Source: Spirochaetes bacterium RBG_16_49_21
Lineage (GTDB): Bacteria > Spirochaetota > UBA4802 > UBA5550
Assembly (NCBI GenBank): GCA_001829495.1
Contig: MIBJ01000049.1
Coordinates: 2,101-66,100, forward strand
Length of the DNA stretch: 64,000 bases
Reading direction: 5' to 3'
Shown: one piece after another, positions 1 to 9,180 of the stretch
Numbering within the stretch: position 1 is the stretch's first letter
Layout: each line of letters starts with the position of its first letter
Position numbers and translations under genes: made by a program
Notes under the pieces: generated by a model
Told to the model about the DNA's origin: nothing
Seen by the model: only the letters and a program-made list of their open reading frames with translations
The model's database searches: none

Positions 1-128
1 GTAGAATTCAACTACTTTTTTAGATTAAGACTGAAAATATCTTGCATTTTAATTATGCATCATATTAGATTTGTTGCATAACTACTCATAATTATTGATT
101 TTTACAACAAGTCTATTGAATAAATGAC

Positions 129-1676
129 ATGTCTGTCCGGCGTTTATTAATTGTCTCCATAATAGTAATTTTATCCTCAGGTATTGCACCAGATTCATCC
201 GCCAGCGTAAAAGAATCCGCGCTCGCCGGGAAGTGGTATCCCTCAAGTGCCGGAGAATTATCGAAACAGATAGATACATTATTGGAGAAAGCGGTTGTCA
301 GTAAGAATTGCGGCCGGCCGGTCATGCTCATACTTCCCCATGCCGGATACCGGTATTCAGGCAACACCGCGGCCGCAGGATTTCGGACGATAGGCGCCCC
401 TGATAAAAGCAGTATCGATCCGAACCTTATTGTTCTGTTGGGCCCGTCTCATTACAAGGCTTTTCGGGGCTGTTCGATAATCTCGGTGGATTATTTTAAA
501 ACCCCCTTGGGAAGGGTAAAACTAAGTAGAAGAATCGCACAAAGGCTTCTCTCCGACACCCTGTTTAAGGAGTATCCTTCCGCATTCGAGCAGGAGCATT
601 CCATTGAGATCCTCTTGCCGTTTTTGCAAAGGATATTCGGCGACAGGCTCTCGGGCGACATTCAGATACTTCCCATACTGGTGGGGGAACTGGACAATGG
701 CGACGCCGAGCGCTCTGCTTCAACAATAATCTCCGCTTTGGCCGGGAGCCGGCCCTTATTTATCATAAGCTCGGATTTTACCCATTATGGACCTGATTTC
801 GGGTATATGCCCTTCAGTAACGTTGGCGGCGAAACAGCTCTTAAATTGAAGGAACTGGATAACGGCGCAATTAATTTCATACTGAAAAAGGATATCGCCG
901 GATTTTCGGATTATATTGAAAAGACGGGAATCACCATATGCGGCAGGAATCCGATAAAAATAGCGCTCGCCATGCCGCTCGCTGGCTTCAGAGCCGAGCG
1001 CGTATCCTACGATACATCCGGGAGCGCCACCGGCGATTACACGAATTCGGTGAGCTACGCCTCCATAGTGTACTGCGGCGCTGTCAGGGGAATTGAAGAG
1101 TACGGAAAAAATCCCCATAGCCTCACCGCTGACGATAAGAGATTCCTCCTTAAAGCAGCGAGGGATAATATCGTCTCGTGGCTTGACCGGGGAAGGGGGA
1201 TTCGATTTTTTCCCGCTGCGATTCCGCCCGGCTGCATGGTGAAGCGGGGCGCTTTCGTGACCCTGAAAAACAGCGGGGGTCTGCGGGGCTGCATCGGCAA
1301 TATTTTCGGAGACCGGCCGCTTATCCAGATAGTGCTTGATTGTTCGTACAATGCCGCATTCAAGGACCCGCGGTTTAAGCCTCTGCGGCCTGAAGAGTTA
1401 AAGAGAACCGTGATTGAGATATCGCTCCTTACCGTGCCGGCTCGCGTAATCTCGGTTGAAGAAATACTGATCGGCAGGGACGGCCTTATCATCGAGAGGG
1501 GGATGCACCGCGGCCTGCTCCTGCCCCCGGTCGCCGTGGAGCAGAGATGGGATAGAGACACGCTCTTGAGCCAGGCCTGCCTTAAGGCGGGGCTCCCTCC
1601 CCACGCCTGGAAGGAGAGAAGCACCACGATATACCGGTTCCAGGCCGTTGTTTTCAGCGAGGAAGATACGAGATGA
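129..1676 (+). CDS. Fusion of a Memo-like domain (AmmeMemoRadiSam system protein B) with an AMMECR1 domain (system protein A); export-signal-like N-terminus
   Basis: 515-aa ORF. The N-half has Memo-type motifs (GKWYP, LPHAGYRYSG, SSDFTHYGP). The C-half has the AMMECR1 core (GAFVTLK..LRGCIG, RGLLLP). The N-terminus MSVRRLLIVSIIVILSSGIAPDSSAS has an RR plus a hydrophobic core. Its stop overlaps the next start (ATGA at 1673-1676). Confidence 0.8.
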   Translation: MSVRRLLIVSIIVILSSGIAPDSSASVKESALAGKWYPSSAGELSKQIDTLLEKAVVSKNCGRPVMLILPHAGYRYSGNTAAAGFRTIGAPDKSSIDPNLIVLLGPSHYKAFRGCSIISVDYFKTPLGRVKLSRRIAQRLLSDTLFKEYPSAFEQEHSIEILLPFLQRIFGDRLSGDIQILPILVGELDNGDAERSASTIISALAGSRPLFIISSDFTHYGPDFGYMPFSNVGGETALKLKELDNGAINFILKKDIAGFSDYIEKTGITICGRNPIKIALAMPLAGFRAERVSYDTSGSATGDYTNSVSYASIVYCGAVRGIEEYGKNPHSLTADDKRFLLKAARDNIVSWLDRGRGIRFFPAAIPPGCMVKRGAFVTLKNSGGLRGCIGNIFGDRPLIQIVLDCSYNAAFKDPRFKPLRPEELKRTVIEISLLTVPARVISVEEILIGRDGLIIERGMHRGLLLPPVAVEQRWDRDTLLSQACLKAGLPPHAWKERSTTIYRFQAVVFSEEDTR

Positions 1677-2815
1677 AGCATGCGCCGGATTACCTGTGCA
1701 GAAGGGAATTCTTAAAGAGAGGAGGGCGGTCTTTCTGCCTGTTCGCGCTGGGAAGCGCGGGACTTCCGGCTCCAAATGCCTTGTCCCAATCCAGGCCCGA
1801 ATATTATGTCAAGCCCGCGCGGATGTGGGAAAAGCTGAATGATCACCGCGTGCAGTGCCTCCTCTGCCCCAACGGATGTCAGATCGACGAGGGGGAGCGC
1901 GGGTTATGCAGGGTGCGCAAAAACATCCGGGGGAGTCTGCATACCCTGATCTATTCCCGGATAGCATCAGCGCATGTTGATCCCATAGAAAAAAAGCCGA
2001 TGTTCCATTTCCTTCCGGGATCAAGGGCATTTTCCGTAGCCACGGCCGGATGCAACCTCACCTGCACCTTCTGCCAGAACTGGGAGCTGTCCCAGGCGAG
2101 CCCGGAAGAGCTGGAGGCACAGGAGATCGCTCCCGACGACCTGCCGCGGAGGGCCCAGTCTTCCGGATCAAGGGTCATTGCCTACACCTACAATGAGCCG
2201 ACCGTGCAGTTCGAGTATATTATCGACTCTTCAGCGGTCGCCCGGAAATACGGCATTCGGCCCATTATCATATCAAGCGGATACATACGGCCTGAAGCGG
2301 GCAGAATACTTGCGCGGAACCTTGACGCTGTCAAGATCGACCTCAAGGCCTTTACGGAAAAGTTTTATAGCTCGATCTGCGGTGGAAGCCTCAAGGCGGT
2401 GCGCGACAACCTGGTGTCCATATACGGGACCGGGAAATGGCTCGAGATCGTGGTTCTTGTCATACCGACATTGAACGATTCAGCCTCCGAGATCCGCGCA
2501 ATGTGCGCCTGGGTAAAAAAGAACCTGTCGGCCGACGTGCCCATGCACTTCACCCGGTTCCGCGCCATGTACAAGCTCCAGAACCTTCCGCCCACGCCGG
2601 TCTCCACGCTGGAGCGGTGCCGCGCCATAGCACGGGAGGAGGGGATCAGATATCCCTATATCGGAAACGTTCCCGGGCATCAGTGGGAAAGCACTTACTG
2701 CCACCGGTGCGAAAAACTGCTCATCCAGCGAAGCGGATACTTCCATGTGGTAAATCAGATCCGTAACGGCTCCTGTCCCTTCTGCGGCACCCGGATTCCC
2801 GGAGTGTGGGCGTGA
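1673..2815 (+). CDS. AmmeMemoRadiSam system radical SAM enzyme (PFL-activase-like) with twin-arginine signal
   Basis: 380-aa ORF with a CNLTCTFCQNW radical-SAM CxxxCxxC motif and a C-terminal Cys cluster (CHRC..CPFC). The N-terminus has RREFLKRGG followed by the hydrophobic stretch FCLFALGSAGLPAP, which matches the Tat consensus. It is translationally coupled to the upstream gene. Confidence 0.8.
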   Translation: MKHAPDYLCRREFLKRGGRSFCLFALGSAGLPAPNALSQSRPEYYVKPARMWEKLNDHRVQCLLCPNGCQIDEGERGLCRVRKNIRGSLHTLIYSRIASAHVDPIEKKPMFHFLPGSRAFSVATAGCNLTCTFCQNWELSQASPEELEAQEIAPDDLPRRAQSSGSRVIAYTYNEPTVQFEYIIDSSAVARKYGIRPIIISSGYIRPEAGRILARNLDAVKIDLKAFTEKFYSSICGGSLKAVRDNLVSIYGTGKWLEIVVLVIPTLNDSASEIRAMCAWVKKNLSADVPMHFTRFRAMYKLQNLPPTPVSTLERCRAIAREEGIRYPYIGNVPGHQWESTYCHRCEKLLIQRSGYFHVVNQIRNGSCPFCGTRIPGVWA

Positions 2816-5001
2816 GAGATATCGCCAAAGGTGAGCTCCTTCTCATGGCCCTGCTCATGGGCTTTTCATCCAGTATTGCGCAGATCCTCCTTATCCGCGA
2901 GATTCTCACCCTATGCAGGGGAAATGAGCTCATAATCGGCATGATTTTTTCATCCTGGTTTTTGGGGATCTATTGGGGCGCGCGGTACCGGCCGTCCCCG
3001 GTGAAAAGAACCCTTGAACGGCGGGTGCTTGTTTCAGTTATTCTGATGCCGGTACTTACCGCTGTTTCGGTTTATTCATCTGGCCTGGTCCAGGTTCTTT
3101 TCCCGCGGGCTGCGGGCTCGTTTTACTCTATTTCCACTGAGGTCGTTTTAGCGCTCCTCTTCACGCTGCCGGTGAGCTTCTTTGTCGGATTTTTTTTCCC
3201 TGCCCTGGTGTCCCTCATCTCAGGCGAAACCGGGGACAAGTCCGGGGGCCTTGTGTTTTATGCAGAATCCCTGGGCTCCTTTGCCGGCGGCATCGCCTTC
3301 TCGTTCGTGCTTGTGGATCGGGCAAATCCCCTCGCCATATCGTCGCTCCTTCTGTCTTTTGCTCTTGGCATTATCCTTGTCCGGGGAAACCGCAGGCTTC
3401 TCTTCCTGGCCGCTGTTCCCCTGGTACTGGCGATCTTTTCAGACGGGATCGAAAAAAAGATGTTTGCATATGTGTGGGACCGCACTCATACGGGCAGATT
3501 GATCCAGCACCAGCGGACCAAATACGAGACCGTGGCGGTGGAATCATCCGGCGAAACAGTGACTGCGTACGGTGACGGCGTTCTGATATACACTATTCCG
3601 GACAGATACGAGGCCCGGGGGATATTCCACCTGGTCCAGTCCCTTCGTCAGGAGCGGCGGAGGATGCTGATCCTCGGTTCAGGCCCGGGCTCGCTTCTCC
3701 ATAACCTTCTGCGGGCGGATATTGACGCGATCTCCTATTTCGACACGGATCCCGAACTCTGGCCGATACTTCACCCCTACGCGCGCCGTTTTTACGGCGC
3801 GCATGACAATAAAAAATTGTCTGTCCCCGGGCAAGACTTGAGGCACTTTTTAAAGAACAGCAGGGACGAGTTCGATATGATCATCACTGTTCCTCCGCAG
3901 CCGGACAACATTATGCTCAACCGGTTCTACACCCGGGAGTTTTACGCCCAGTGCAGGGGCCATTTGACCAGCCGCGGCATATTCATCGCCGGCCTGCGCG
4001 GGTTCAGCAACTATATGTCGAATGATCTGCGCGATTACATAGCTTCAATTTATGCCGCCTTTTCCCGGGAATTCCCCGTGCACCTGAAAACATCCGGAGA
4101 CACCATTTACCTGATCGGAGCCAAGCAAAGGGGGATTCTTCCGGAGAGCATTGAAGCCCTCATTGCCGCGTACGGCAGTTCCGCACCGGCGCGAGACAAC
4201 CGATTTGAGAGAGAGGTCATGCAGAACTTTTCTCCCGATGAGCTTAAGATGTTTTTTGAGCGCACGCAGCTTGATTATTTTGACAGCGTTATTGCGCCAC
4301 GTGCGCGTACGATAGATGCCAATCGGGACCTGAAGCCGGGAGCGTATTGGAAGAATATAGTTTTTACCGCCTTTAAAGAACAGTCCGCCCTTCATTTCGT
4401 GTTGCGCAATTTTGTGTTTATACCCCTGATCCTGCTTGTTCTGACCGGCGCCGCCCTCTGGGATATCCGGAGAAAACATGGCTCTGTAGCCCTGCTCAAG
4501 GGGCTTTTCATGTATCTCACCGGGTTTATCAGCATTTCCACCATGATCGTTTTAATTCTGATCTACCAGAATTCGCAGGGCATCGTGTATTACCGGATAT
4601 CGCTTATCAGCGCCCTGTACATGCTGGGGCTCGCTTTGGGCGGTTTTACCTTTAATCAAAAGCGGATTCTGAAGCTCCCCGTAATTTTTATAGCCATCGC
4701 GGCCGCCCTGGGCTCAATGCTGATTTTCGTCGTTCATGAAGCCGGGTTTCTTTATTGGACGCTTATCCCCGTCTTCTCCTTCTTGTGCGGCGCACTGTTC
4801 CCTTTGCTCTTTGCCTCGGGCGGGGGCACCGAATACTATACGGCAGCATCGGTGTTGGATTCAATGGACCACTTCGGGGGCATAGCCGGCTCGCTCCTGA
4901 CCGTCGTGCTTGTTCTGCCGCTCCTCGGGCTGCAGGGAGCGATTGCGCTGAATATTATCTTAAGCCTCTCGGCGTGGCTGATCGCTGTTTTTAGATTCTA
5001 A
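2806..5001 (+). CDS. Polytopic membrane protein fused to a spermidine-synthase-like (SAM-dependent aminopropyltransferase fold) domain
   Basis: 731-aa ORF with multiple hydrophobic helices at the N- and C-termini. The central soluble domain has MLILGSGPGSLL (GxGxG SAM-binding loop) and FDMIITVPP motifs typical of the SpeE fold. The GTG start overlaps the upstream stop, and an ATG near 2845 is an alternative start. Confidence 0.65.
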   Translation: MGVRDIAKGELLLMALLMGFSSSIAQILLIREILTLCRGNELIIGMIFSSWFLGIYWGARYRPSPVKRTLERRVLVSVILMPVLTAVSVYSSGLVQVLFPRAAGSFYSISTEVVLALLFTLPVSFFVGFFFPALVSLISGETGDKSGGLVFYAESLGSFAGGIAFSFVLVDRANPLAISSLLLSFALGIILVRGNRRLLFLAAVPLVLAIFSDGIEKKMFAYVWDRTHTGRLIQHQRTKYETVAVESSGETVTAYGDGVLIYTIPDRYEARGIFHLVQSLRQERRRMLILGSGPGSLLHNLLRADIDAISYFDTDPELWPILHPYARRFYGAHDNKKLSVPGQDLRHFLKNSRDEFDMIITVPPQPDNIMLNRFYTREFYAQCRGHLTSRGIFIAGLRGFSNYMSNDLRDYIASIYAAFSREFPVHLKTSGDTIYLIGAKQRGILPESIEALIAAYGSSAPARDNRFEREVMQNFSPDELKMFFERTQLDYFDSVIAPRARTIDANRDLKPGAYWKNIVFTAFKEQSALHFVLRNFVFIPLILLVLTGAALWDIRRKHGSVALLKGLFMYLTGFISISTMIVLILIYQNSQGIVYYRISLISALYMLGLALGGFTFNQKRILKLPVIFIAIAAALGSMLIFVVHEAGFLYWTLIPVFSFLCGALFPLLFASGGGTEYYTAASVLDSMDHFGGIAGSLLTVVLVLPLLGLQGAIALNIILSLSAWLIAVFRF

Positions 5002-5070
5002 GTTGACTTTATCAATGATAAATCATTTCATGTATCATCAATAATTAACCCCTTTGTCTTGTGTGTTTAT

Positions 5071-6855
5071 ATGACCCGGTTTCGATCTACAATTCTGATC
5101 TATAGTATTATTTCTTTGCTGTTCCAGGCAGACCTGTTTCCGAAATCGGCGAAATCACCCTATAAGGCGTTGAAGCAATCCAAGAATAAAAAGGTGGGAT
5201 CGAGGCAGCTCAAGCCGGCTGATCCTGTACTTGAATGGAGGGATTGCGGAGAAGATTGCCTGAAGAGGGTCTTCGGTGAAGAGATTGAGAATATAAGAAT
5301 TCCCCCTATCAAAGGCATTTTAAAAAATTTCACCCTGCAGGGGGAAAATCTATATCTCCTGGTCCAGAATTTCAATCTCATCGCGGACGCGATATTCGTC
5401 ATTAGGCGCGATACGGGCAGGATCCAGGCCATATGGGGAATCGGACGACTCAATGCCGAGGCTATTGCCGCTGACGCTCAATCTATCTGGATCTTGAGCG
5501 AATCAAAGAAATATTTCCTGCGAAGGCTTTCCCCGGCGGGGAAAGGGATTGAAGATATCGGGATCAATTCCCTGCCTGAAGGAAAAATCAGGGGCCTCGC
5601 TTTCGCCGGGGGCAATTTCATATTCACTGTTCATTCTGCGGCTGGAACGGACATATGTATGATCAACCCGGCCGCACGGCTCCCGTCCAGGCTCTATTCG
5701 TTCCGCGGCGCTATCCCCGCGATAGCATTTTTTCGCGGCAACCTGATAGCATGCCTGGAAGATTTCGGCACCGATGCAAGCCGGTGGCTGCTCGTCATCA
5801 GCCTGAAAAGCGGTTTGAAAAATAAGGTCCGTTTTGTAGACGCTGAACCGCTGGGTTTCGCTGCTTCGGACAGAAGTATTTATATGATGGAGAAGCTGGA
5901 GAAGGGGGCCCGCGCGTACCCTTTGGCGGTTCTGCCTGATAAAAACCTTGTGATCACGGATCCGATCATTCGAAGATTGGAGATAACCTTCCCCCTCATA
6001 AGCGGCAACTCCAATCCCTATGATGCGGATCTCTGGATCCCGTATCCGATGAACCGGAGATTTCAGAATGTCCGCAAGATTGCCATTGACCCCCGGCCGC
6101 ATGAAGTGGTTCCGGACCGGTATGGGAACCGATGGGCTCATATCACGTGGCGCGGTGCAAGCGGCAGCGTAAAGGCGCTCTTGAAATTCGACATGCTCAG
6201 CTGTGCCGCCGCATACACCCTGGATACGGTGGATACGGCCGAAATGAAAGATATCCCTGAGAAAATCCTGAACGATTCCCTTCAGGAGACCGGGAATTTC
6301 GACACATCGAGCTACATTATCAGATCCCACTCCACAAGGATAGCAGCGAACGGCACGTACCTGGACCGGATACTGGCCGTCCGCGACTATATCAATAAGG
6401 CGGTTTCATACAGCGGCCGGAATCCGCGATGGCCGAGAGCGAGCGAGTATCTGTTCAGGGGCAGGGGAGACTCATACGGCTGTACGGTCAGCTTTGCCGC
6501 ACTCTCAAGGTTTTTGGGAGTCCCGGCCAGGGCCGCAGGCGGCCTGCTCCTGGATCGATCTGCGCATAATCAAGCCGAGGAGTGCACAGCCTGGAATCAG
6601 GTCTATTTCCCCGGTCGGGGATGGATTGACGTCATTCCCGGCCAGTATAGGCAGGATATAATTGATTCCCCGGGGTGCCGCTCCAACCGCTACTTCATCA
6701 CCTTTGAAGGCGACTTTGATACAGTCGACTATACCTCCGTCTTTACCGGAACAGAGTGGCTCGGGGTCTGCAGATGGTCAGGCGTTGATACGAAGAGAAA
6801 GGCGGATATCGTAATCGGCAGGGTGCTCGTCAAAGCCGCTGAATTGAAGGAGTAA
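5071..6855 (+). CDS. Exported protein with C-terminal transglutaminase-like core (variant catalytic His position)
   Basis: The ORF (track start 5059; ATG at 5071 preferred) has a signal-like N-terminus MTRFRSTILIYSIISLLFQ. The C-terminus carries GDSYGCTVSFAALSRFLGVPAR (nucleophile Cys motif) and TAWNQVYFPGRGWIDVIPG (His position occupied by Thr, Asp retained). Confidence 0.6.
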   Translation: MTRFRSTILIYSIISLLFQADLFPKSAKSPYKALKQSKNKKVGSRQLKPADPVLEWRDCGEDCLKRVFGEEIENIRIPPIKGILKNFTLQGENLYLLVQNFNLIADAIFVIRRDTGRIQAIWGIGRLNAEAIAADAQSIWILSESKKYFLRRLSPAGKGIEDIGINSLPEGKIRGLAFAGGNFIFTVHSAAGTDICMINPAARLPSRLYSFRGAIPAIAFFRGNLIACLEDFGTDASRWLLVISLKSGLKNKVRFVDAEPLGFAASDRSIYMMEKLEKGARAYPLAVLPDKNLVITDPIIRRLEITFPLISGNSNPYDADLWIPYPMNRRFQNVRKIAIDPRPHEVVPDRYGNRWAHITWRGASGSVKALLKFDMLSCAAAYTLDTVDTAEMKDIPEKILNDSLQETGNFDTSSYIIRSHSTRIAANGTYLDRILAVRDYINKAVSYSGRNPRWPRASEYLFRGRGDSYGCTVSFAALSRFLGVPARAAGGLLLDRSAHNQAEECTAWNQVYFPGRGWIDVIPGQYRQDIIDSPGCRSNRYFITFEGDFDTVDYTSVFTGTEWLGVCRWSGVDTKRKADIVIGRVLVKAAELKE

Positions 6856-6860
6856 ATAAA

Positions 6861-8006
6861 GTGTCCCCCGGGAGAATACTCATTATCGTTATCGTGCTTT
6901 TGGGACACTATTATCCCGGGAGTATTCTTCATGCAACAGACGTGCAGACTTCGCCGATTCTCTATTACCATGAGTCCGCCGAGGAACCGGAGCTTGCACA
7001 GCTCATAAATGAGTTCGATTATGACGCGTATCTGTCCGACGGCATCACCGAGTTCGAAAAGATGACCCTGTTGAAGGACTGGGTATATAGTCATATACCG
7101 TACGCGCTGAATTACAATGACTCGGAGCTGCGGAATGCGATCCATATCCTCCGCAGAGCGCGGCAGGGGAGCCCGTTCCTCTGCTCCAACATCGCCTCCG
7201 TATATCTGCTCTGCTCCGTGAGCAGGGGATGGACCGCGCGGTATATACTTTTGAGAAGGCCGACGAATGAGGAGCATGCGGGAAATGATATATGGTCGAA
7301 CCAGTACCGGAAATGGGTGTATATTGATCCAACCTGGAATATACATATTGAGAAGAGCGGCATTCCCCTTTCGATATATGAGATCAGGAATGAATGGCTC
7401 AAAAACAAGGGGAGCCGGATCATGTATGTTTTCGGGGCCGGGAAAAGCGCCAAGAGATACCGGCCGCGCGATCTGCCCATAATACGGCAAGACAGTGATA
7501 TCTGGAGATATATTCCCCTTGACCGCACCTGGCTGGGCTATACCCATGAAATTGCACTGCTCGGCAGGAATGACTTTTTTTCCTGCTGCGGCAAGCAAGG
7601 ATCACCCGCATGGGAGCCGATGTATCTGATCCGTGATAGAACCAACCGGAAGGATAAAATCACCGCTTTTTTTAATAAAAGAAAGCGTTCCAGGCCGAAG
7701 CTTCTTTTTTATGACCTCAACAGGGTCGACATCGCAATCTCCCAGCAGAGGGGCACGCGCAAGGGGTTTTATCCGGGCACGGCGGAGGTGAGGCTTGACG
7801 CATTCGGGAAATATAATTACACCCCCAACTTTATGGAGTTTCTCGTTAAAATCAATAATGCGGATTGGAAGATAATGGACGACCGGTTTCCGATTAAGCT
7901 CGCACCCGGCGTCAATGTCGTGCGCGCCCGGATCATGAACAGGTTCGGCGTTCTGGGCCCGGTATCGGTCAGGAGCATTATAATAAAAAAGCAACTCCAC
8001 AAATAA
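6861..8006 (+). CDS. Exported transglutaminase-like domain protein
   Basis: 381-aa ORF with a hydrophobic N-terminus. It has Cys (FLCSNIASVY), His (EHAGNDIW) and Asp (WVYIDPTWN) in the order and spacing of the transglutaminase-like cysteine protease core. It starts 5 nt after the upstream stop. Confidence 0.65.
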   Translation: MSPGRILIIVIVLLGHYYPGSILHATDVQTSPILYYHESAEEPELAQLINEFDYDAYLSDGITEFEKMTLLKDWVYSHIPYALNYNDSELRNAIHILRRARQGSPFLCSNIASVYLLCSVSRGWTARYILLRRPTNEEHAGNDIWSNQYRKWVYIDPTWNIHIEKSGIPLSIYEIRNEWLKNKGSRIMYVFGAGKSAKRYRPRDLPIIRQDSDIWRYIPLDRTWLGYTHEIALLGRNDFFSCCGKQGSPAWEPMYLIRDRTNRKDKITAFFNKRKRSRPKLLFYDLNRVDIAISQQRGTRKGFYPGTAEVRLDAFGKYNYTPNFMEFLVKINNADWKIMDDRFPIKLAPGVNVVRARIMNRFGVLGPVSVRSIIIKKQLHK

Positions 8007-8022
8007 ATAGGAATGATTAGAT

Positions 8023-9162
8023 ATGAAGAATAGGTTAACAATCGCAACCGTGTTGATCGCTCTGTCGTTTGCATACTGCACTGACAAGCGCATAATTCCT
8101 GAATCAAAAATCCAATCCCTGTATAAAAATTCCCGGTACCTGAACGATACGGCCGCCTTCCTGGCCGGAATCGATCCGCGCCCCGGGTCCTCGCTGTATC
8201 CGGTCACCCGGAACCAGGAGTACGGGTTGTACAGCAAACAGATCGATGGTATATGGGAACAATATAGAACGCACAACCTCATGAAAATTGAGGAGTGGAG
8301 GAAGGCCAACATGCCGGATACGGGATCCGGCGCGGTATTGTATCCTTTCAGCGGACCCGACATACTGAATGCACTCGCGTTTTTTCCCGACGCGGACCGC
8401 TTTATCATGATCGGCCTTGAGCTTCCCGGGAATATTCCCGATCCGCTTCACTATAAGGGCAGCGTTTATGCCGGGCTGTGGGGCATGAAAAACGCCTTGA
8501 GAACCATACTCCAGCTTAATCTCTTCCGCACCAGCGAGATGATGGCGGACTTCAGAAGTGACTCATACAGCAATATCACCGGGATCATGATGTTCTTTCT
8601 TGCGCGGTATGGATATGATATTCTGGATGTCAGGAGGATTCATATCGGCAGGTCGGGGATGATAGCGTACGAGCCTTCAAAACCGGCTCATAGAGAGGCG
8701 GAGGGCGTTGAGTTCTTATTCAGGAAAAAGAAGGGATCCCCGGTGCAGACAGCCTGCTTCATCAGCGCGGACCTGTCCGACGGCTCCCTTTCCCGTCTGA
8801 GGGGTTTTGCGGCGTTTTTGAGCACCCAGAAGAATTTCATAACCTTCACCAAATCAGCCTCCTATCTGCTCGGCTACAATAATTTTACAATTTTGCGTTC
8901 TTTTCTGCTGGCCGGCAGCAGGTGCATCATTCAGGAAGACAGCGGCATTCCCTTCAAATACTTTTCCGCATCTGAATGGAAGATATCCCTGTATGGCACG
9001 TACCGGGTCATTGCCATTTTTTCCAACAGGTTCCAGCGGGCGCTTGATGCGGCGATGAAAATAAAATCAGCGGGTCCGCTTCCTTTCAGCCTGGGATACG
9101 GATTCGTTCCGGAGAAATCGAACCTGATGGTTGCGGAAAAAATATACCGATCAACTAATTGA
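8023..9162 (+). CDS. Putative lipoprotein/exported protein, unknown function
   Basis: 379-aa ORF with the signal-like N-terminus MKNRLTIATVLIALSFAYC. I recognise no family. It is co-directional with the preceding genes and tightly spaced. Confidence 0.5.
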   Translation: MKNRLTIATVLIALSFAYCTDKRIIPESKIQSLYKNSRYLNDTAAFLAGIDPRPGSSLYPVTRNQEYGLYSKQIDGIWEQYRTHNLMKIEEWRKANMPDTGSGAVLYPFSGPDILNALAFFPDADRFIMIGLELPGNIPDPLHYKGSVYAGLWGMKNALRTILQLNLFRTSEMMADFRSDSYSNITGIMMFFLARYGYDILDVRRIHIGRSGMIAYEPSKPAHREAEGVEFLFRKKKGSPVQTACFISADLSDGSLSRLRGFAAFLSTQKNFITFTKSASYLLGYNNFTILRSFLLAGSRCIIQEDSGIPFKYFSASEWKISLYGTYRVIAIFSNRFQRALDAAMKIKSAGPLPFSLGYGFVPEKSNLMVAEKIYRSTN

Positions 9163-9180
9163 TAAATTCTCGCAGAGACG

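Noticed and set aside
5503-8408. Long minus-strand ORFs (5503-6330, 6729-7598, 7602-8408), antisense to the transglutaminase-like genes
   Set aside because: They fully overlap plus-strand ORFs that have recognisable domains and signal peptides. Their translations are low-complexity and Arg/Gly/Pro-rich with no motifs, which is typical of shadow ORFs in GC-rich coding DNA.
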